Virus record (IMG/VR): IMGVR_UViG_3300028394_000045
Span: 64,001-128,000 of that record
Length of the DNA: 64,000 nucleotides
Origin: a virus
Direction: 5' to 3' (one strand)
How positions within the stretch are numbered: the first letter of the stretch is position 1; every line of letters begins with the position of its first letter. Positions 7,629-16,858 of this stretch are shown in pieces. Below the pieces are notes generated by a model. It was not told the DNA's origin and searched no databases. It saw nothing but the letters and a program-made list of their open reading frames with translations. Both the position numbers and the translations under genes were made by a program.

Positions 7629-8667
7629 TTTGTAAGTGACTGAACAAGTCCCAGTGATTATATATTGCAGACAAACAAATTCTGTTTTGGAATTGACCAG
7701 CATCAAGATCCAGCTGGTACGTATGCAATAGACCACTGCGATTGTACTGGCTCCAGTCTGCATCGCCAATGGCAAATATAACAGATTGACTGGGAGTCAG
7801 ACCAAGATATCCGCATACTTGCTGTTGTTTTTCCTGATATAGTTTTGCAATGTAGTCACTGGAAAATTTTTGTATGATTTTTAACCCCACCCAGGCACTT
7901 AGGCTGTTATTGTAGTGAGTAGAGTGATGCAGCTTTTGCCCATCAAAAATATTTGGTTTAGTAAATCTCACACCGATACGCAGTCTTGCCACAGTAAACG
8001 CTTTGCTAAGACTGAAAGTCACTGTGTCAATGCAGTCTGCACTGAGATCTGCGCTGACGCCGCGACTGATAAAATAGTAGCAACAATCAACCAACACCGG
8101 TATGCCCAGTTGATTGCATTTCTCTAATACCTGATCAAAATTTTCTAATTGCGTACCGGTATCACAAAAAGGTAAACTCACTACCAGTGCGTCCCCGGCT
8201 GTTAACGGGTCAGCCTCGGATATCATACTCCATGGGGTATTATTACTGATCCAAGTTTTTAGATGATAAAAGTATTCGCCCACGAAGCATCGCATGCGTC
8301 TTGATCTATATCGATAATAAAAACTATCAAAACTCTGAGTAGTGCCGCTGCTGAAATCAGCCTGATATTGATCTAATCCAGTGATTTTGTTCACAGAATT
8401 TTGAGAGATCCATTTGGGCATGCTGTGAACAAAATCATTGAGATTTTGCGGACGATTCAATCCGTCTTGTAGTAGATCCTGGGAAAATATCTCTCTAATG
8501 TAATCACAAAATTCTGGTGGTTCTACAGCTCGTGACCCTTGCAACACAAATCTGACTTGATTTCTAGTGGAAAAAAAATCTGTTTGTTCACAGGCAGCAA
8601 TTGCCCAACTTAACTGTGTTGCTCGATCAAGCAATTTCTGCATCCGTTGAATATGAAGTGAAGCCAT
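7612..8667 (-). CDS. PLP-dependent enzyme (fold type I), paralog of 6121-7182
   Basis: GTTQSFD, VLVDCCY, TFSLSKAF...RIG. Confidence 0.65.
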   Translation of the reverse strand: MASLHIQRMQKLLDRATQLSWAIAACEQTDFFSTRNQVRFVLQGSRAVEPPEFCDYIREIFSQDLLQDGLNRPQNLNDFVHSMPKWISQNSVNKITGLDQYQADFSSGTTQSFDSFYYRYRSRRMRCFVGEYFYHLKTWISNNTPWSMISEADPLTAGDALVVSLPFCDTGTQLENFDQVLEKCNQLGIPVLVDCCYYFISRGVSADLSADCIDTVTFSLSKAFTVARLRIGVRFTKPNIFDGQKLHHSTHYNNSLSAWVGLKIIQKFSSDYIAKLYQEKQQQVCGYLGLTPSQSVIFAIGDADWSQYNRSGLLHTYQLDLDAGQFQNRICLSAIYNHWDLFSHLQNETTS

Positions 8668-10390
8668 TCTCTTTTATCACCTTGAGAATGTTCTCTACCC
8701 TGCTGGTCAGTTCGTCTCTATGACTCACAAGCCAAATGCTCTTGTGTCGTTCGCGACTCATCTTCTTTAACAGGGCCAGGGCATTCTCTACGCCTTGGGT
8801 GTCCAAGCCGGAGTCAATCATCTCGTCAATGAACAAGATGTTGATGGGTTCATACAAACTCTCCCACACATCGCGGAACGCCCAACTCATGCTGAGGATC
8901 AATCGGTTACGCTCACCTCGGCTCAAGTTGTCAAAGTCCAATTCACGACCTAGTTCTTCAATGCTCACTGTAAGATCGTTCTGGAACTTCACAGTATGTG
9001 GTAATCCGATACGATCAAGATAGTGTGTGAGTCTGCTGTTGAGATAACTCAAGTTTTGATCAATGATCTTCTTACGCACAAAACTGTCTTTGCTGGTGAG
9101 CAGTTTGAGCAAAAACTCTTGATGCTCTTGTAATCTAGTGTATTCGTTTAGCGTGTCATACGAAACTACTTGCAGGGCTTGATTCTGCATGTCTGCGATC
9201 TGTTCGCTGTAAGGATCAGTCTCTGCGGATCGTGTGACAAGATCCTTGTTTAGGGTATCCACAGTGTTCTTGTGATTCAGTGCCTGTTCGAGGCTGTCAT
9301 AGAACACCCGGGGTGCTTGCCCTAGTTCGCCAAGTTCTCGCAATCGATCTTGATGTTCGGATCGTTGCGTGTCGTTGGTCAGCACTTGCAATGAGATTTC
9401 TAGCAGAGTCTTTTCACGCTGTGCTTTCACAGTGTCAAGACTGTTGTCGTGTATGTCTGTGCCGCAGGCAAAACACTTGTGGCTGGCAATCTGCGTGAGA
9501 TCTTTTTCAATCTGAGCCATTTGCTTCAGCAGTTTGGTATCGTCGGCATCAATCTGCCGTATCCAACGATTGGCTTCGTCTATGGATTTTTTACGAGCAT
9601 GGTATGCGTCGAGATCTCTGTGTGCTTGTACCTCCGCTGCAATATCGATGTGTTCAAGGTCAGCAATACCTTGTGCTAGACCTTCAGTATCTTCTGTTTG
9701 TTTGCGTAGCCACAAGGTTCTGCGTTTCTCTAAACTGACAATCTGTTCTTCGATGCGTTTGTTGGCTTCTTGCACCGCACGGATACGCAGTTCTTCTGCT
9801 TGGATAGAATCTTTGGTTTGTCTGTTGAGTTCTTTGATACGATCGGCACGCTCACTCAGCAGCGTGATACCCAGCAGTTGTTCAATGATTGTGCGCTGTT
9901 CATTGGCCTTGAGACTCAAGAAAGGCGGTGTGTAAGTGTTCAGTGCTACAATATGCTGGAACATGTCATGGCTCATGCCCAACACACGCTCGATAGCTTC
10001 TTGTGTTTCTCTTGAATCACCTTGTGCTTCGTCCTGTGCTGCTTGATGCTCGTCGTTTACATAGAACTTGAGAACATTGGGTTTGCGACCGCGCTCAATT
10101 CGATAGTTCTGCCCGCCCACAGAGAAGTCCAGGCTCACAAGCATGTGCTTGGCATTGGTCTTGTTTACTAGATTGTCTTTACGAATGTTTGATAATGCTT
10201 GGCCATACAATGCATAGCTTAGTGCATTGATGATTGTGGTCTTGCCTGTGCCATTGCGAGATCCATCGCCTCCCATGTCCAAGTTTTCGCCCAGCACCAA
10301 GGTAAGGTCCGATCGATCAAAGTCAATGGCCTGCGTGGTATTGCCTACGCTCATGAAGTTTTTTACTGTGAGGTCACGAAGATGTATCAT
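8627..10390 (-). CDS. gp46: Recombination endonuclease ATPase subunit (gp46/SbcC/Rad50)
   Basis: KNFMSVGN, Walker A NGTGKT, coiled coil with CFAC zinc hook, LSRGE signature, Walker B ILFIDE, VSH. Confidence 0.95.
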   Translation of the reverse strand: MIHLRDLTVKNFMSVGNTTQAIDFDRSDLTLVLGENLDMGGDGSRNGTGKTTIINALSYALYGQALSNIRKDNLVNKTNAKHMLVSLDFSVGGQNYRIERGRKPNVLKFYVNDEHQAAQDEAQGDSRETQEAIERVLGMSHDMFQHIVALNTYTPPFLSLKANEQRTIIEQLLGITLLSERADRIKELNRQTKDSIQAEELRIRAVQEANKRIEEQIVSLEKRRTLWLRKQTEDTEGLAQGIADLEHIDIAAEVQAHRDLDAYHARKKSIDEANRWIRQIDADDTKLLKQMAQIEKDLTQIASHKCFACGTDIHDNSLDTVKAQREKTLLEISLQVLTNDTQRSEHQDRLRELGELGQAPRVFYDSLEQALNHKNTVDTLNKDLVTRSAETDPYSEQIADMQNQALQVVSYDTLNEYTRLQEHQEFLLKLLTSKDSFVRKKIIDQNLSYLNSRLTHYLDRIGLPHTVKFQNDLTVSIEELGRELDFDNLSRGERNRLILSMSWAFRDVWESLYEPINILFIDEMIDSGLDTQGVENALALLKKMSRERHKSIWLVSHRDELTSRVENILKVIKENGFTSYSTDAEIA

Positions 10391-10401
10391 AAGTGTTTGA
10401 C

Positions 10402-10430
10402 ATTATAACAATATTACCTGTAGATGTAAA
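10402..10430 (-). promoter_or_regulatory. Sigma70-type promoter for the gp46 operon
   Basis: TTTACA-17nt-TATAAT with extended -10 TG, ending 11 nt before the ATG. Confidence 0.75.
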
Positions 10431-10431
10431 C

Positions 10432-11925
10432 CTACATACCCATGGCATGTGCTATTTCGGCATGAGTGCTTGAAAAATTTTGTCCTCGTATGCGATCAAA
10501 GTGTCTACTGAGAGACACAAACCCAACTCCATCTGAACCAGGAAATGACTTTATAGTAGTTAAAATGCTGCTCATCTCGGGCCAAGGATGATCTTGAAAT
10601 TTTTCAAGTATCAATTTTTTAGCAAGTGGAGTGAGATTCTTGATACTGAATTCTTTAGGCGAATCAAGATAGTTAACATTAACAGGTAATCCTAATTTGT
10701 CTGCCCAGATTAATAGTTCATCAAGATAAAAAATATTCATGATACTGATAGTTGGCATTATACTAATTTTTAGATTTGATAAAGAGAGATCTACCAATTT
10801 ACGAATGTTTGATGTTACCTGCTGCCATGAACCCCCGCGTTCGAGATCAAACCGTGCTCCTACGTTGTCGATGCTAAAATGTATATCTACATGAGCAAAA
10901 TGTTGCCAATGTTTGATGAGATGATCAGGATAGACGGAGCCATTGCTATTGTAATGTAATCTTATATGTTTTGCATGTTCTTGTTCCACTGCCTGTGACA
11001 CCAGTTGGTGTAGAGGTTTGATTAAAAACGGTTCTCCGCCATACATATCAATATTAGTCAATGAAGGCAGCAGATCAGATATCTCTTGCATGATTTTGTT
11101 GTCTGACTCGGCCCAGTTAAACGATCTTATGGGTAAAATTCCACTGATTGATTGTACTTCTTGTGCAAACAATGAACTGGCCTTTGGAGTGCATATACGA
11201 CATTTAAAATTGCATGTGTTGCCCGGAGCAATATCTAAACTGGTAATTTTGGGATCATCCAGATACTTGGTCAACAGATCTTTCTTCAACAATCGCATGT
11301 GCATTGTACGGTTGCTGGTTAGTCCGTGTTCCTCGAGATTCCAACAATGATCACATCCTGATACTTTTTTTCCAGATAACAAATTTTGTCTAAGTTGGTT
11401 GTACCCCTGATTATGAAACAATTGATCTATTGAGTTCCCAACAGCATTGCCAACTGGATCTTGGTAAACACAACATGGCTTGGCGTCTCCGGACTGATCG
11501 ATCATCATATGAGACCAAGGCATGGGGCATAAAGTTGCCGGCAATACAAAACCGCTAGACATGGGTTTGGTATCGGTTATATTCACTTGTATCGATTGGA
11601 ATGAAACATTATCTCCAGAATTTTCAAAAGCAATGGCATCAAGTTTGAATGTGAGATCAACTGGAACGCATAACAATACGAAAAAATTGGATACATCTAT
11701 CAATGTTGCGGCTTGATATAAATGTTCCAGCAATTGATCAGATACATCGTGTTTGGTATAAAATACCAATCGATCGTTGAGAGAAAATTCTTGCTGATGA
11801 TGCTGTTGTAAAATTTTATAGGCCTGTGATGGGCCTTTGGTGAGATCTGCCAGATCAACAAAACATTTTATTAAATATTTTTTAGATAGGTCATGTTTCA
11901 ACTGATCAACTGTGAGAGTGCTCAT
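10432..11925 (-). CDS. Radical SAM protein with N-terminal twitch/SPASM-like domain
   Basis: CPMPW...PCC...CDHCW, then CNFKCRIC, GGEP, SNG, FSID. Confidence 0.88.
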   Translation of the reverse strand: MSTLTVDQLKHDLSKKYLIKCFVDLADLTKGPSQAYKILQQHHQQEFSLNDRLVFYTKHDVSDQLLEHLYQAATLIDVSNFFVLLCVPVDLTFKLDAIAFENSGDNVSFQSIQVNITDTKPMSSGFVLPATLCPMPWSHMMIDQSGDAKPCCVYQDPVGNAVGNSIDQLFHNQGYNQLRQNLLSGKKVSGCDHCWNLEEHGLTSNRTMHMRLLKKDLLTKYLDDPKITSLDIAPGNTCNFKCRICTPKASSLFAQEVQSISGILPIRSFNWAESDNKIMQEISDLLPSLTNIDMYGGEPFLIKPLHQLVSQAVEQEHAKHIRLHYNSNGSVYPDHLIKHWQHFAHVDIHFSIDNVGARFDLERGGSWQQVTSNIRKLVDLSLSNLKISIMPTISIMNIFYLDELLIWADKLGLPVNVNYLDSPKEFSIKNLTPLAKKLILEKFQDHPWPEMSSILTTIKSFPGSDGVGFVSLSRHFDRIRGQNFSSTHAEIAHAMGM

Positions 11926-12938
11926 AGATTCTGGTAAATTTTCAACAGTAGTCGGTTATCGTAAAACTCCGATTCAATATTGGTGATCTGATCTGTCACA
12001 ATTTGATCTACTGATTCAAACTTGATCTCACCAGGCGCCATGTCTGTGTCCACAGAACTATTCTTGTTGGGTATCAGGGCCATCTCTCTGAGACTGTAGT
12101 CTTTGATGTAGGTTTCTTTGATGAAGTTGGCTTCTTCGTATGAAATCTCGATGTCCAAGTTCACACGAACATGCATGCGAGGTGCAAGTAATGCGGCTGC
12201 ATTGTCGATGATGTTGGCAAGACCTAACACACGATATCTGGGTTGATCGGGCCACGCATGATACACAGGATCCTGCCCCCACTCCAAGATGGTAAGACCG
12301 CGAGCATCGTCGCCGGCATCTGCGTAGTTGTGGGGAAATGCGTTGCCAATGTATGTAATGTTCTTTTTGGTTTGTCGTTTGTGGAAGTGACCAGTAAACA
12401 CATGTTCAAAATTGTTGAAGTCTTCTCTGCGAACCTCACCGTGATCCGGCATCTCTACCATAGCATTCATCAAATAACCGGGCAGTTCAAAATGCCCAAA
12501 CATATACTTGCCTTTTAGCTTGGGTATGCGTTTGTGATCATCACCACACAGCCAAGGAGCAATCACAACATCGCCACTGCTGAACCAATCGTTACAGATC
12601 TCCACATTGGGCAAATGTCGTGCCCACTCTACACTTTGGATATCACGCTTGTCACGATAGTATAGGTCGTGATTGCCTGGAATAAAGTAAACATGTTCAA
12701 AATTTGCATTCATGTGCTCTAGAGCCCTGAGGCTGTAGTTCAAGGTGACAATGTTGAGACTGGCTCTGTTGTTGTGCCAGTCGCCTAGGAACATGCAGGT
12801 TTCACAACCTTCCTCTCGTGCCTTGGCAGTGGCCCACTTCACAAAGTTTAAGCAGTCTTCATTGTGAGTGGTGCTGTTGGATTTAAGTCCAAAGTGGATG
12901 TCCGTGAAGATTGCGGCTTTGCGGAATAGATTGGTCAT
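11922..12938 (-). CDS. gp47: Recombination endonuclease nuclease subunit (gp47/SbcD/Mre11)
   Basis: Metallophosphoesterase motifs DIHFG, GD, GNHD, GHFE, GHFH. Confidence 0.95.
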   Translation of the reverse strand: MTNLFRKAAIFTDIHFGLKSNSTTHNEDCLNFVKWATAKAREEGCETCMFLGDWHNNRASLNIVTLNYSLRALEHMNANFEHVYFIPGNHDLYYRDKRDIQSVEWARHLPNVEICNDWFSSGDVVIAPWLCGDDHKRIPKLKGKYMFGHFELPGYLMNAMVEMPDHGEVRREDFNNFEHVFTGHFHKRQTKKNITYIGNAFPHNYADAGDDARGLTILEWGQDPVYHAWPDQPRYRVLGLANIIDNAAALLAPRMHVRVNLDIEISYEEANFIKETYIKDYSLREMALIPNKNSSVDTDMAPGEIKFESVDQIVTDQITNIESEFYDNRLLLKIYQNL

Positions 12939-13816
12939 GGTGTATAAAGTAGTTCTTTCAATTGTACACTAGTTGTAGGGAATGTGTCAAGCCCATGACA
13001 TCGGATTTCATATCCTAATTCTCTTAGTCTCCATTGTATCCATGCTTCGCTAACAATAGGTAAAGCATTCCAGGTTATAAAGTCACCATTTAGTATTGAG
13101 TCAATGATATAATTGCAAATTTTATCCTGATCGATGTGTTTTTGTAATTTGATATTTTGTTCATGATATGGCAACAATGCACTGATAGGTCGTTGAACAT
13201 CTAATTTCAAAAAATCTGCAATAGCCGTGATGGTATTCTCAAAATCATGTAGTAAATCCTTGACAAAAATATACCTACATCTTGGAGATTGCCATTTATC
13301 AGGAAAATACCATTCTACTTGAGATTGCCATGATGGAACAAGATACATGCTTAAGAATTCTCGATATATCCACACATCAATGTCCTTTATTGCGGTATCG
13401 GGAGCAATTGGCCAATTCTTGTATATTTTTTTATAATCCACCTCACTACCAATAAAATCAATCCACCGGTTGTACCACACCTTATCTATCCAATTGTTTA
13501 AATTAAGCAACACCGAATCAGTATCAGGGTATAGAAAAATTACCTGGTCAACTGATTGTAAAATCTCGTCGAGATGATTTTTTAGTGAATGATTCTTATC
13601 GGTCTTGGGATGCAATCTTACAAATTTACTATGATCGGAGCCACTTAGATATTGTCGCCAACCTTGCATATTCAGCAGATGGTTACCATCGAAATTATGA
13701 CTAGCACCATTGGCTCTAAATGGAGATGATAATTGGTCAGATGTTGATAGACTGGTCAAACACCATTCTACATAAGTGCCATATGCTCCGCCATTGAACA
13801 ATATTGGAACGGTCAT
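12935..13816 (-). CDS. Hypothetical protein, sulfotransferase/P-loop-like; paralog of 3293-4345
   Basis: Likely start MTVPILFNGGAYGTYVEW at 13816 (overlaps the gp55 stop); GASH, RLHP, WIYRE, FPTTS. Confidence 0.45.
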   Translation of the reverse strand: MTVPILFNGGAYGTYVEWCLTSLSTSDQLSSPFRANGASHNFDGNHLLNMQGWRQYLSGSDHSKFVRLHPKTDKNHSLKNHLDEILQSVDQVIFLYPDTDSVLLNLNNWIDKVWYNRWIDFIGSEVDYKKIYKNWPIAPDTAIKDIDVWIYREFLSMYLVPSWQSQVEWYFPDKWQSPRCRYIFVKDLLHDFENTITAIADFLKLDVQRPISALLPYHEQNIKLQKHIDQDKICNYIIDSILNGDFITWNALPIVSEAWIQWRLRELGYEIRCHGLDTFPTTSVQLKELLYTP

Positions 13817-14721
13817 TCGTCCAAGGTGCTTACAACCGGACCGCTCATGGCAGCCATACCTGCCTTGCCTGAATTCTGTCGAGTCCATGACGGATTGAGT
13901 CCGTTCATCTCAAGGATGTCATCACGGATGTTTTGCATCTTCTTCTCAATGTTCAAGATACGGGTAAAACTGTTGGTGATAGCAGCAGTGTAATACGCAA
14001 ACGGATTCTGCGATTTTGACTCGTCAAACTGCAATCCAATCTGGCTCAACTGTAACAAGGCTTGCCCACGCATCTCTTCATTGTAGGTGTATCCACGCCA
14101 GTTTGATCTAGTGGCATAGCGTTCGCACAACTTCATGAACATGGTGGCCAACTTGCGTGTCATCTCTCCATGATCCTTTGAAAATTCGCCATCATCGAGA
14201 CTGCCCTTCCAATGACTGCGTCCTACGATAAACGGTGCTTTTTCTTCATCTATACGGTAGTGTTCAAACGGTGGAAAATTCAATCTCACGTGATTCAAAC
14301 TCAACACTGGTACATCTAACAACTCGGCCAAAGGATCATCTTCTTCCACAGCATCGTCTAGATCTAGTATGTCTTCCAGGCGTTTGCGTTTAGCTTTGGC
14401 TTCTGCTTTGGTTATTTTCTTCGGAGCCATAGGCACATGGTCCCACACGGTGATACGAAAAACAATATCTGTGTTGGGGATTTTCTTGGGATCAACAATC
14501 TCACCAGTTTCTCTTTTGATGCGATCTGCACGGTTTCGGCGTGCTTCGGCAATGGTGCGTTGATTTATTTTGTCAAGACTGGGCAAGATGATATCAAATT
14601 GATGATCCGCCCCACGGTCTTGATACCAGCAGTAGTTGTTTTTGCTTAGATGTATTTCTTTTAAGATATCTCTGTTGTTGAGATAGTTCACACGGGGGGC
14701 TGACTTTGGTAATAAAGACAT
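13813..14721 (-). CDS. gp55: Late-transcription sigma factor, T4 gp55-like
   Basis: NYLNNRD, NWRGYTYNEEM, FDESKSQNPFAYYT, F.RILNIEKK. AGGAG RBS before ATG 14721; upstream of gp47/gp46 as in T4. Confidence 0.9.
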   Translation of the reverse strand: MSLLPKSAPRVNYLNNRDILKEIHLSKNNYCWYQDRGADHQFDIILPSLDKINQRTIAEARRNRADRIKRETGEIVDPKKIPNTDIVFRITVWDHVPMAPKKITKAEAKAKRKRLEDILDLDDAVEEDDPLAELLDVPVLSLNHVRLNFPPFEHYRIDEEKAPFIVGRSHWKGSLDDGEFSKDHGEMTRKLATMFMKLCERYATRSNWRGYTYNEEMRGQALLQLSQIGLQFDESKSQNPFAYYTAAITNSFTRILNIEKKMQNIRDDILEMNGLNPSWTRQNSGKAGMAAMSGPVVSTLDE

Positions 14722-14737
14722 GAATTCTCCTGATATA

Positions 14738-14770
14738 TATTTATTGTAACACACTGTGTGATGTTGTCAA
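14738..14770 (-). promoter_or_regulatory. Composite sigma70 plus late promoter of gp55
   Basis: TTGACA-16nt-TACAAT (14770-14743) overlapping TAAATA (14743-14738). Confidence 0.6.
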
Positions 14771-14778
14771 CCTTTATA

Positions 14779-14809
14779 TAAACTATGCCGTTTTTCCACC
14801 TGCTAAATA
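14779..14809 (+). promoter_or_regulatory. Late promoter with extended upstream element
   Basis: TAAACTATGCCGTTTTT-N8-TAAATA; same layout at 23370-23400. Confidence 0.6.
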
Positions 14810-14825
14810 AGATACAGGAACAAAA

Positions 14826-16556
14826 ATGGCATACGATCCCAATCAAGCAGGACTATTTAACAAGCTGATACAAACTGGCCTAAACACGGCCAATGCAGCC
14901 GTACAATCCGGCATAGCTGCCACAAAAGATTTTGCACTGGGCAACAACGGCAATCTTGGTTCATTGATACCCGGAGCCAATGCTGTGCCAGCAACTGCAC
15001 AGGCCACATTCCAGGCTGTGGATTTTGCACAAACAGTATCCGGACTACCCACACAGATGGCAGCATTAGCCACTAGTGCATTGCCGCCACTGTCTGCACT
15101 GCCAACTGTAGAGATTGCACCAAGACCGGTAACTGGACTGGACCTTACTGCTACCAGTCCATTTGCTCCATTTGAGCAAGTACAAGCAGTGCCTCGCCCC
15201 ACACTGGCCGCCGAGGCAGCACCCAGTCCTACTCAATTTTCTCCTACAGACCCAAGGGTATCTTCGTCTATCCCTAATCCAGTGATAGTGACCACTTCTG
15301 ATGCTGCACGTGATGCGGCAATCAGTGCATCACGACCTGGGTACGACCAAGCACCGCCGGTGACTGACACAAACATACCAGGGGGCATACGACCACAGGA
15401 TGTGGGACCAGCCAACACCGCTCCTGCACCACAACTGGTACCCACCCAGACACTTGATCCTGCCACTGCCCAACAAGCATTGGCAACAGCGCCTACTCCG
15501 CCCAATGAAAGTGCCGCAGAAACTGCCAGATTGGCCGCAGCCGGAAATGCAGATCCCAACAATTATGTTGAAACTTTTGCGCCACGCCCAGCAGATGAAT
15601 TTGCAGGTATAGACCAGCAGGTGGCTGCAAACACAGCACGCAATGCAGAGAATCAGAGCAACGCCGAAACAGCTCGTCTGAACAATGCCAATCAGCAGGC
15701 TGCAATACAATCCACGTACAAGCAACCGGGCAATATTGAGTGGCGATTCCGTATCAGTCTTGCAGAAGGCGCCGATTATCTTTACAAGGTTCCTCCTAAA
15801 TCTCCTAATAACTCTAACAAAGTTGGCGGTGCCGGCGGGGTTGGTTCTCCGGGTGCCGGCATACTAGAACCTCTAAGAGGAACCAACGGAGTGATATTTC
15901 CCTACACTCCTCAGGTGCAGATGAGTTATAGAGCCAAATACAACAGCTATGAACTGGTGCATTCAAATTATCGAGGCGCATTCTATCAGAACAGCAGCGT
16001 GGATGACATCAGCATACGTGGTACATTCACTGCACAAGATACCAGTGAAGCAGCATACATGTTGGCTGTGATACATTTTTTCAGATCAGTTACCAAGATG
16101 TTCTATGGCCAAGACAAACAACGCGGCGCACCACCTCCATTGGTGTATCTCAATGGATTAGGCGAATATCAATTCAACAATCATCCTGCGGTGGTCACAT
16201 CATTCGACTATTCGTTGCCTGCAGATGTAGATTACATACGAGCCAACAATCCCAACAATTTTGGCACTGATTTGTTGAGCCGCCGGCCATCTTATGCAGC
16301 GCCACCATCCAACCCGCTGGTGGGAATAGCCAGTAGATTGGGATTGTCCGGATTGTTTCCGGGCGCTACCCCAAACAAACCCAGTCCACAGCCTGTAACT
16401 AATTCAGTAAACAACACAGCAGCAGCCACATACGTTCCCACCAAGATAGAGATAAGTCTGACTCTCATGCCTATGCAAACCAGAGAACAAGTCAGCAAAC
16501 TATTCAGCCTGGCTGATTTCGCCAATGGTAACCTAATACGCGGAGGATTCTGGTAA
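14826..16556 (+). CDS. Baseplate/tail-tube initiator-like protein (gp48/gp54-like) with long Ala/Pro-rich N-terminus
   Basis: C-terminal domain GVIFPYTPQV...HSNY...FTAQD...HFFRSVTKMFYG...GAPPP; first gene of the baseplate operon. Confidence 0.55.
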   Translation: MAYDPNQAGLFNKLIQTGLNTANAAVQSGIAATKDFALGNNGNLGSLIPGANAVPATAQATFQAVDFAQTVSGLPTQMAALATSALPPLSALPTVEIAPRPVTGLDLTATSPFAPFEQVQAVPRPTLAAEAAPSPTQFSPTDPRVSSSIPNPVIVTTSDAARDAAISASRPGYDQAPPVTDTNIPGGIRPQDVGPANTAPAPQLVPTQTLDPATAQQALATAPTPPNESAAETARLAAAGNADPNNYVETFAPRPADEFAGIDQQVAANTARNAENQSNAETARLNNANQQAAIQSTYKQPGNIEWRFRISLAEGADYLYKVPPKSPNNSNKVGGAGGVGSPGAGILEPLRGTNGVIFPYTPQVQMSYRAKYNSYELVHSNYRGAFYQNSSVDDISIRGTFTAQDTSEAAYMLAVIHFFRSVTKMFYGQDKQRGAPPPLVYLNGLGEYQFNNHPAVVTSFDYSLPADVDYIRANNPNNFGTDLLSRRPSYAAPPSNPLVGIASRLGLSGLFPGATPNKPSPQPVTNSVNNTAAATYVPTKIEISLTLMPMQTREQVSKLFSLADFANGNLIRGGFW

Positions 16557-16855
16557 TGGCCACCTACGACACAACCAGTCCATACTACAACACACCATTC
16601 ACTCAGTTCTATCTTGACAAGATGGTCAACCGACCTATCCCGGTAGAGAATGATGATCTTACATTTACGATAAATCTCACATATCAATATCGTCCTGACT
16701 TGTTGGCCTATGATCTGTATGGGACTCCGAGTCTGTGGTGGGTGTTCTATCAACGCAATCCTAACACCCTGACCAAACCACCATTTGATTTTGTAGCAAA
16801 CACTTTTATCTATCTGCCCAAACTCGGCACATTGAAAACAGCACTGGGATTCTAA
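16556..16855 (+). CDS. gp53: Baseplate wedge protein, gp53/LysM-like
   Basis: YQYRPDLLAYDLYGTPSLWWVF motif. Confidence 0.75.
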   Translation: MATYDTTSPYYNTPFTQFYLDKMVNRPIPVENDDLTFTINLTYQYRPDLLAYDLYGTPSLWWVFYQRNPNTLTKPPFDFVANTFIYLPKLGTLKTALGF

Positions 16856-16858
16856 CAT

